Shown piece after piece: positions 57,332 through 64,000 of a DNA stretch of 64,000 bases. The position numbers and the translations under genes are program-made. Below the pieces are notes generated by a model. It saw only the letters and a list, made by a program, of their open reading frames with translations, was not told the origin of the DNA and did not search any database. Numbering within the stretch: the first letter of the stretch is position 1; the number at the start of each line of letters is the position of its first letter. Source of the stretch: an uncultured Lentisphaerota bacterium (lineage in GTDB: Bacteria; Verrucomicrobiota; Lentisphaeria; Victivallales; GWF2-50-93); assembly GCA_903872565.1 (NCBI GenBank), contig CAIQLG010000287.1, positions 4,936-68,935 on the forward strand, given 5' to 3'.

Positions 57332-58113
57332 CGAAATGATTTTTTAAATACGATTTCGGCGAGGTTCCTGAGATAGTTCTCATCGGAGAGGCCGTCGGAG
57401 GCCTCCTGCGGAAAATCCACTATTTTTTTGAAATATCCGGCAAGTTCGGCATAAACCTCGCTCCTCGCCTCCTCTGAAAGCTGTTTTTTCCTCAGGAGGG
57501 CGTTCTGTATGATTGCCGCCTCCTCTGGTGTCACAGTGTTTCTTGCACGAACGGCGACGTTGGGATAGTCCCTGAAAGAATTATATTTTTCCGGCATTAT
57601 CAAAGACAGATCTGGCTCTGAAATCTTAAGTTCCCTTACCACTACCGTTTCCGCAGCGAAGTCCCCCAGTCTCTGGTAATGTCTGGAAAGCAGCGAAGAT
57701 ATTCCGCCGATCATATAGAAAAACGGCATGAGATCAATTGTCCTCATCAGATTTCTAATCACAATTTGTGGAAATGCAAGCTTGAGCCCCTCCTTGTCGC
57801 GTACTCTGATAGAGAGAATTTTTTTTCCGAGAGTTTTTCCGTCCCAGATCCACTCGAGGATGATCCCGTATGATATGCCTATGAAGAAATACATTATTAT
57901 TCCGAAGGCGGCCGCGAAATCCGGATTGATGATTCCAAAAATACTGATTGGCTGCATGATGATATTCTGGATGCCTAGAATGCAGGCGAGATCAATGAGC
58001 CATGCACTGCATCTTGTCACGGGGCCTGCGAGCTGGATCGGAAAGAAAACGCCCTCCGGTGTCCTTATATCCATTACATTGGTTTTTTCATTGCTTTGCA
58101 TTGATAGCCCCAT
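57328..58113 (-). CDS. RDD-family membrane protein
   Basis: RCSAWLIDL..., three TM segments, GKTLGKKILSIRV. Confidence 0.7.
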   Translation of the reverse strand: MGLSMQSNEKTNVMDIRTPEGVFFPIQLAGPVTRCSAWLIDLACILGIQNIIMQPISIFGIINPDFAAAFGIIMYFFIGISYGIILEWIWDGKTLGKKILSIRVRDKEGLKLAFPQIVIRNLMRTIDLMPFFYMIGGISSLLSRHYQRLGDFAAETVVVRELKISEPDLSLIMPEKYNSFRDYPNVAVRARNTVTPEEAAIIQNALLRKKQLSEEARSEVYAELAGYFKKIVDFPQEASDGLSDENYLRNLAEIVFKKSFR

Positions 58114-59125
58114 CCGTTTTTTTCACTGAAGTATTGGGGTTCCCCGCAAAGGAAAGATACAATATGAGACCGGTGAGTTCGAGACATCCGAATGCGATCT
58201 TCACTCCGTATGGGATTACAGGCCAGTGATACTGCGAAAAAAATGACTCGATGATGCCCGCCCATACAAGAAGCAACGCACAACCACACAGCAAGGTCGT
58301 CATATCCGACGCATATACGCGGAGGCTCTGGAATTTTCCCATTCCGACCGGAAGGAGAACTATTCTTCCGAGTATGATTCCAGCCTGCCCGGCAATAAGT
58401 ATGGCGGGAATTTCTATAACCCCGTGTGGTAGCAGCCAGCCAAGGAGAAAATATGTTTGCCCCGCCAGTATATAGTCAATCGCCACCGCTCCGAGAATAA
58501 TTCCATTGTAGAAAAGCATCAAAATTGAACCTAGCCCGAAAACTATTCCGAAAGCGAATGCGTTGATTGAAACCTTTATGTTGTTGCTTATAAGATATGA
58601 TGCGAAAGAGGCCTGTCGCCCCTCGACCCGGGGCTTGTCCCGGGTTTCCTCCTGCCTGACCCTTTCTTCCGGCGATATGTTCAAATGTGCAAACTGTTGC
58701 GGGAATATGGCCTCCCTCGAGGTTCCATCGGAATAGATTGTGACTCCGCCGAAGACAACTCCTACCAGTGTCGCCGCTAGAGATACATAAAAAGCCCCTA
58801 TGTTTTTTCTGAAAGTCCTGGGAAACACGTTGACTATCCAGTTTTTAAATCCGAAATTTTTTATTCTGCCCTTTCTGGAATGCACGCAGGAATACGCCCT
58901 CGATGTGAGACTCTCTAGATACCGGCGTACTTCGCGTTCCCCTGAAAGAGTAGTTATCTTCACAAGATCGTCTGAAACTCTTCCATATAGATAATGCAGT
59001 CTTTTTATCGAATCCGGAGTGAAAAAAGCGGCTTCATGGGTTCTCTCGATGTCGTCGAGCATTTTCTCTAGCTCCTTCCAGAAAACTTCCTCTTCCCTGA
59101 TGAATTTTGCAGTGTCAATTATCAT
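58088..59125 (-). CDS. SpoIIM-like (DUF95) integral membrane protein
   Basis: Soluble N-terminal helical region, then multiple TM segments with GIVFGLGSILMLFYNGIILG. Overlaps both neighbours. Confidence 0.6.
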   Translation of the reverse strand: MIIDTAKFIREEEVFWKELEKMLDDIERTHEAAFFTPDSIKRLHYLYGRVSDDLVKITTLSGEREVRRYLESLTSRAYSCVHSRKGRIKNFGFKNWIVNVFPRTFRKNIGAFYVSLAATLVGVVFGGVTIYSDGTSREAIFPQQFAHLNISPEERVRQEETRDKPRVEGRQASFASYLISNNIKVSINAFAFGIVFGLGSILMLFYNGIILGAVAIDYILAGQTYFLLGWLLPHGVIEIPAILIAGQAGIILGRIVLLPVGMGKFQSLRVYASDMTTLLCGCALLLVWAGIIESFFSQYHWPVIPYGVKIAFGCLELTGLILYLSFAGNPNTSVKKTDGAINAKQ

Positions 59126-60438
59126 ATGAGCTGTTTTTCCTTGATTTCGAGGTATTTGGAAACAAGCCCCGAGGCGAAGTCCCGAGGCGGATGGCTTGTG
59201 AATGAAACTCCCTGCTTTACTAAAGATCGTTTAAGAGTCTCAAGTTCCATCCAGTTCAAGTGCCCTGCGAATTTCGCATATATGTCTGAGGCGGAGCTGA
59301 TGGAATTTCCCTCGAAAAGCGGGACATCCATTTTGTTCTTCACTGAGATGACCGAGCACAGGTGGTGATTTTTCAGGAGTTTTATTCCGGAGCTGAAAGA
59401 TTCCGCCAGTACCGGATCATCGAGATCGGTGAAAAAGAATATCAGCGCCCTTTTCCGCAGGCGTTCCTTGATCTGTGTGAAGAGGTTCCCATAGTCTGGT
59501 GTTCTGTACCCGGCATTTATTGACAATGCGGCTTCGCGACAGGAATTGTAATGGTTTTCCCCCGATTTTGCCTTGAGAAAATGCCTCATGGAGCTGTCGA
59601 ACGAGACAAGCCCGAAAAGATCGCCGTTCTTTTCGGTCACAAGGCATAGGATCAGGGCCGCCGCCAAATATGTCTCAATCACGGCGGTTCCGTCAATTTT
59701 CCTGCTGCTCATTCTTCCTGCATCTATGACAACATAAATTTCCTGAACACGCTCGGTGCGGAACACCTTGGAAATTGGTTTGCCGCGTTTCGCAGTGGAC
59801 TTCCAGGAAATGTTGCTGAAACTGTCGCCGGGCATATATTCCCTGAGCCTGTCGAATTCCCTTCCCTGCCCGACTATTCTGTTGAGATGTATCCCGGAAA
59901 ATTCCCTGCTCAGGAACACGGGTGCGAGCTGCCTGATTAGCGGGCGCAAGTTCGGATATGCGCGAACTTCGCAGTCGAGGGGAATTTTTCTTCTCACCCT
60001 CCACAGTCCGACTGGAGAGTCGGACTCGATTACCGCAGAGGGAATCCTGTAGATTCCCCGCTCAAGCGCTTCGCACTCCCATTCCGCCCTAAGAAAAGTA
60101 TTGTCCTCGGATAAAATTATTGGTCTGAAGCTCTGTGAGGTATAAAGATTGTCAGGAAAGTCAGGGCTGACCACAAGCTCGGCTCCGATTTTCCCGGAAC
60201 AATTGATGCCAAGCTCCAACTTGGATTTTCTCAGGACTGAAATTCGGAAAACATTATTGGAGGACATAGTTATTTTCCTGAGATTTTTCAGGCCTGCCAC
60301 CGCGTCAAAAACAGATACCAGCAGAATTGTGAGGGCAAAGACAAATCCTATGACTGCCAGACCGTCAATATAGACGGCCGCCGCCGAAAACGGCATCATA
60401 AGTGCAACCCAGAAAATAATTTTACGCGGAATAATCAT
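59122..60438 (-). CDS. DUF58-domain protein (vWA-like partner of MoxR)
   Basis: LREYMPGDSFSNISWKSTAKRGKPISKVF and two N-terminal TM segments. Confidence 0.8.
   Translation of the reverse strand: MIIPRKIIFWVALMMPFSAAAVYIDGLAVIGFVFALTILLVSVFDAVAGLKNLRKITMSSNNVFRISVLRKSKLELGINCSGKIGAELVVSPDFPDNLYTSQSFRPIILSEDNTFLRAEWECEALERGIYRIPSAVIESDSPVGLWRVRRKIPLDCEVRAYPNLRPLIRQLAPVFLSREFSGIHLNRIVGQGREFDRLREYMPGDSFSNISWKSTAKRGKPISKVFRTERVQEIYVVIDAGRMSSRKIDGTAVIETYLAAALILCLVTEKNGDLFGLVSFDSSMRHFLKAKSGENHYNSCREAALSINAGYRTPDYGNLFTQIKERLRKRALIFFFTDLDDPVLAESFSSGIKLLKNHHLCSVISVKNKMDVPLFEGNSISSASDIYAKFAGHLNWMELETLKRSLVKQGVSFTSHPPRDFASGLVSKYLEIKEKQLI
59265..59279. repeat. 15-bp palindrome family, one mismatch (CTGCGAATTTCGCAT)
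   Basis: Read directly. Lies inside the DUF58 gene. Confidence 0.8.
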
Positions 60439-61397
60439 CTCGGAATGCTGATATTTTCAAGAATCCTTTTTACCAATTCGTCAATTGAAAGACCTTCTAT
60501 TTCATATTCTGGCTTCAAAATTATCCTGTGTCCCAGAATGGGAAGCGCCAGACTTTTCACATCGTCGGGGGTCACGAAATCGCGCCCGGACAGGACGGCA
60601 TATACCCTGGAAGCGACTATGAACGCCTGTGTTGCGCGAGGACCGGCGCCGACCAGAACAGACTCGTTTTTTCTTGTTTCACGGACAATTTTCACCATGT
60701 ATTCGAGAATCTCTTCCTTGATTGTTACGGAGAGTAGAGATTCCTGCAATGAAGTGATAAGATCGCTGGTTATTATTTTTCTTGTCATCTCCGTTTCAAG
60801 AATTTTTTCCGGGGTCATGGCGCCGAGCATTTTCCCGGCCAGAATTTTCTCCTCGTCCTCGAGAGGATAATCCATCTTGATTTTAAGCATGAACCTGTCC
60901 TTTTCAGCTTCTGGAAGCGGGTATGTTCCCTCGTATTCTATCGGATTCTGGGTCGCAAAGACGGTGAAATGCGGAGACAAGGGATAATCTTTCACATCAA
61001 TGGTCACTTTTTTTTCCTGCATGCACTGAAGAAGTGCCGACTGCGTCTTGGCGGGAGCCCTGTTTATTTCGTCTGCAAGCAGGAAATCTGTGAACACGGG
61101 CCCCTTGAAGAGGTTGAAGTTCTGACCTGCCAGGTCGAAAACGTTCGTGCCTGTGATGTCGGTGGGCATGAGGTCCGGAGTAAACTGTATTCTTTTGGAA
61201 TCGCAGTCCATTATTTTCCCGAGCGTTCTGACAAGAAGTGTCTTGGCTATTCCTGGCACACCTTCGATCAGCGCGTGGGCGCTGGAGAAGACGGTCACGA
61301 TTGCCAGGTCAATGGCAGTTTCCTGTCCGATTATGACTTTCCCCATTTCCTGCCTGATGTCCGACAGGATTCCGATTATTTTTTCATTTGCGCTCAT
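60435..61397 (-). CDS. MoxR-family AAA+ ATPase
   Basis: LIEGVPGIAKTLLVRTL (Walker A), LLADEINRAPAKTQSALLQCMQE (Walker B / sensor). Confidence 0.9.
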   Translation of the reverse strand: MSANEKIIGILSDIRQEMGKVIIGQETAIDLAIVTVFSSAHALIEGVPGIAKTLLVRTLGKIMDCDSKRIQFTPDLMPTDITGTNVFDLAGQNFNLFKGPVFTDFLLADEINRAPAKTQSALLQCMQEKKVTIDVKDYPLSPHFTVFATQNPIEYEGTYPLPEAEKDRFMLKIKMDYPLEDEEKILAGKMLGAMTPEKILETEMTRKIITSDLITSLQESLLSVTIKEEILEYMVKIVRETRKNESVLVGAGPRATQAFIVASRVYAVLSGRDFVTPDDVKSLALPILGHRIILKPEYEIEGLSIDELVKRILENISIPR

Positions 61398-62568
61398 AGT
61401 GAAAATGCTTCCTTTCTGTAAGTATTTTATTTGCCTTGTTATATGTTGCGACAGGATCTCGCGAATTTTCGGATTCGGTCGCGATTGTTTTCAATTCTTG
61501 AATCTCGTGCTCCGAATAAAATCTGGTGTTTCCGGGCTTGAGCCATTCGTCGAAACAATATTTCAGGATTTTCTTCTCTGGAATTTTTCCAAGCAGCGTC
61601 TCGAGGCCTGCCGAACTGCTGAAGCTGTTTTCTTTCGCTGCGATGGCCTCCAAAAAGGATTTATTGCTTTCTTGAGAAAAGGAAAATGCGTTCCTCCATA
61701 GCAGAAGTACAACAATCAGAATGATGTTCAGGGCGAGAAACTCGAGGCGATAGCGCGAAAGCAGCCACACAATGTTTCTACTTATGAAAAATCCGTGCGC
61801 AGATTCGTCAAAAATAATATTGTTCCTTCCACCTGGAAGCCAGGCGAGAAAGGCGGGCTGGGGATTTTTTCTCAGACCTTCGTTGGAGATGACATAGGAT
61901 CCTGCAGAAACTATAAGTTTGCCCTTTCCTATTGCGGTTTCCGCCACGACTGGTCTTCCCGAAGGGTCAGTGAAAATGATCTTCCAACTGGCCGGATTGG
62001 CAAATTTGAAATATGTCATTGCATCATTGTCGAAACAGCCGAATTCCGCAAAATCCGGCTCTGGCGACGCCTTGCGTGGAAAAACCTGATCCCTTCCGTC
62101 ATATATTAATTCGAATTTCCCGGCCTCCATTTTTTTCCACTCGTCTTTTTTTGCAGTCTCCCTTCCATCTTCGGATTTGCCTTCTTTTTTCCTGGTCTTT
62201 TTATCTTCCAATCCGCACTTTCCAGAAAAAAATACTGCTACACGGCCGCCACCCAGCATGAATTTGAAAAGTTCCGCGTCTCCAACTGCATTTATGTTTT
62301 CCATTCCGGCGCGTAAGAGGAATACATTTTCTTCGGAAATTTCATAGAGTGGACGCATATTTCTCGATACTGTAATGTGTTCCAGCATGCTGTAGCTTTC
62401 ATAAAGCGCCTTTGTCCCGAGGGGGTCGCTTCTCATGCTCGAGTATTTCGGATAGATGTCTCCTTTTGAAAACCGTATGGAGAATATTCTGATGGCCGTA
62501 TAGACGAAAAATACGCATAGTCCGAGTATGACAAGTGTGGACATGTATGTTTTTGCATATTTTTTCAT
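61384..62568 (-). CDS. Membrane-anchored protein of the MoxR operon (DUF4350-like by position and size)
   Basis: N-terminal TM and a second TM near residue 270. Overlaps both neighbours. Family call is by context only. Confidence 0.45.
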   Translation of the reverse strand: MKKYAKTYMSTLVILGLCVFFVYTAIRIFSIRFSKGDIYPKYSSMRSDPLGTKALYESYSMLEHITVSRNMRPLYEISEENVFLLRAGMENINAVGDAELFKFMLGGGRVAVFFSGKCGLEDKKTRKKEGKSEDGRETAKKDEWKKMEAGKFELIYDGRDQVFPRKASPEPDFAEFGCFDNDAMTYFKFANPASWKIIFTDPSGRPVVAETAIGKGKLIVSAGSYVISNEGLRKNPQPAFLAWLPGGRNNIIFDESAHGFFISRNIVWLLSRYRLEFLALNIILIVVLLLWRNAFSFSQESNKSFLEAIAAKENSFSSSAGLETLLGKIPEKKILKYCFDEWLKPGNTRFYSEHEIQELKTIATESENSRDPVATYNKANKILTERKHFHYERK

Positions 62569-63992
62569 TTACCGCTTATTATCCTGTAATTGTTTTTGAA
62601 AACTGAAATCATTTCGTTGTCAACCTGCTGGGTTCCATACCATATCTCCTCGAATCCGAGCAGATTCTCACTGTACGCGGAAATGATGTCCGCATGAGAA
62701 TGATAGCGTCTATTGATTTCCCTGTAGTAGTCGAGATTTGTCTTATGCTTGGCAATGCTGAGCGCATTTTTCGAGTTCAAGGATACGATGCACGCAAGAA
62801 ATATGGCTCTTGCAGCAAGTTTCAGATCCCCGTTTGCGGCCAAATCTGCGGCAAGTTCCATCCAGCCGGATTCCTCGAGCATATCCGCGCTGACATGTTC
62901 GCTTTCGAGATCCGGCATAGGCGTTGAAAACGTTGCCTCCACGCCTTTTTTCACGCGATTTTTTCTCGCTTTAAAATAAAAATATAATATCAGAAGTCCG
63001 GCCAGGGCGGAGATGATTGTCGCCAAAGCTATGAAATCGCGTTTGGTAAAATTGAAATTTAGCCCGGCACCTCCTCCAAGATTCATTAATTTCGACCAGA
63101 ATTCGATCACTGATTGAATCCATTCTTCTATGAAGTCAAAGATAGCTTTTATATATGTCATCAGGTAGCTGTCCTGTCCGGCCACGGACTTGTCGGTAGG
63201 AATTCTCCATGCAAACTCTCTTCTCTCCAGCACAGATTTTATGTTGCTTCCCATTTCAGGGGAATTTATAAATGAAATCTCCGGCTGAGAGGCTGGTGCC
63301 GGCTCGGATCCGGAAATAGGAAAAACCCAGAATGCTGAAATGAAAAATGCTGTGAAAACTCTTTTGCCTGCCCGTTTTGCGCCCTCCCGGCAAATATCAA
63401 CGACAAGATCACGCCCTGTGGTGATCGAATCACAGTAGAAGAGGCGGACTGTGTATGCTGTTTTCAAGAGCAGATCTGCGGCAATATATGCCGTCATGCA
63501 GGTGATTGAGAAAAATGTGGAGTTGAAGATGAGCCTCATAATAGTCTGAGGATCACTTGCGGTGCTGAAGACAGTCTCGGTATTCAGAAATGTCTTCATT
63601 AACAACGGCATCAGGAGAATCATAACTCCGGTGTTGAGGAAAACTGCAAGAGCAAAGAATGCTATCACCGCTATGAGCAGATGATTCTGTGAAGGATTGA
63701 CACAGGCAAGACTCCAGGATTTCTTCACTAGCTTCCAAAAATCATTCTGTTCACAGAAGGATAACGCAGTCATATTGTGGGAAAATGCGAGTATCCATCC
63801 GAAAGGCAGAAGAAAAATCAGTGAAAGGAGGTAGAAGATGATGCAGAATGGTTTTACTATTCCAAGGAATACGAATACCATTAAAATGTTTGCCGCTCCG
63901 ATTTTTTCCCTTGGCGCTATATTCAGAATTTCATTGATCCTAAAGCAGAAAAAGGAATCGAAACCGCTTTTCAGCATGAAAAGCAGGGTCAA
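62565..63992 (-). CDS. Polytopic membrane protein with a DUF4129-like C-terminal domain; may extend past the window
   Basis: C-terminal AARAIFLACIVSLNS...TNLDYYREINRRY...EIWYG pattern. The annotated start is TTG, with the frame still open to the window edge. Confidence 0.5.
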   Translation of the reverse strand: MTLLFMLKSGFDSFFCFRINEILNIAPREKIGAANILMVFVFLGIVKPFCIIFYLLSLIFLLPFGWILAFSHNMTALSFCEQNDFWKLVKKSWSLACVNPSQNHLLIAVIAFFALAVFLNTGVMILLMPLLMKTFLNTETVFSTASDPQTIMRLIFNSTFFSITCMTAYIAADLLLKTAYTVRLFYCDSITTGRDLVVDICREGAKRAGKRVFTAFFISAFWVFPISGSEPAPASQPEISFINSPEMGSNIKSVLERREFAWRIPTDKSVAGQDSYLMTYIKAIFDFIEEWIQSVIEFWSKLMNLGGGAGLNFNFTKRDFIALATIISALAGLLILYFYFKARKNRVKKGVEATFSTPMPDLESEHVSADMLEESGWMELAADLAANGDLKLAARAIFLACIVSLNSKNALSIAKHKTNLDYYREINRRYHSHADIISAYSENLLGFEEIWYGTQQVDNEMISVFKNNYRIISGK

Positions 63993-64000
63993 AAGTGCGG

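Overview
This is a 64-kb chromosomal segment. It probably comes from an anaerobic member of the PVC group; that is only an inference, drawn from a DUF1559-type prepilin-like gene, a nifU-hydCBA [FeFe]-hydrogenase operon and GGAGGG...CCCTCC structured repeats. I support about 60 protein genes and one tRNA-Asn. I saw no rRNA, CRISPR array, transposase or integrase. Core genes include alr, carA, coaX, trpF, ilvH, recO, a NUDIX hydrolase, an SNF2/SWIM helicase, yjbQ, a Ser/Thr kinase, a PP2C phosphatase and a six-gene MoxR-DUF58 operon. There are three accessory blocks. (i) A visibly G+C-rich GH95-like glycosidase gene lies at 0.3-3.4 kb. (ii) An A+T-rich defence island at 12.3-19.5 kb begins at tRNA-Asn. 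It holds a GIY-YIG gene bracketed by tRNA 3-prime-half repeats, Phd/ParE, a C5-methyltransferase + DUF262 + HEPN operon, an Eco29kI-like R-M pair and an orphan HigA. The methyltransferase-DUF262-HEPN operon is my best candidate for an undescribed system. (iii) A type I R-M locus at 46.0-55.8 kb (HTH-HsdM, HsdS, HsdR) is interrupted by NYN, GxxExxY and SEC-C/DUF1186 passenger genes. Each passenger is bounded by CTTTGCG-heptad palindromic spacers, and there is a duplicated hsdS 3-prime end. Other signals: a 15-bp palindrome, CTGCGAA-W-TTCGCAG, occurs at least nine times inside unrelated ORFs in all reading frames. The HydA H-cluster motif reads TSCSPGW instead of TSCCPxW. There is an eda/kdgK deletion remnant, a T8 tract at the NUDIX 3-prime end, and two further intergenic repeat families. 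All product calls rest on motifs recognised by eye and no database search was run.
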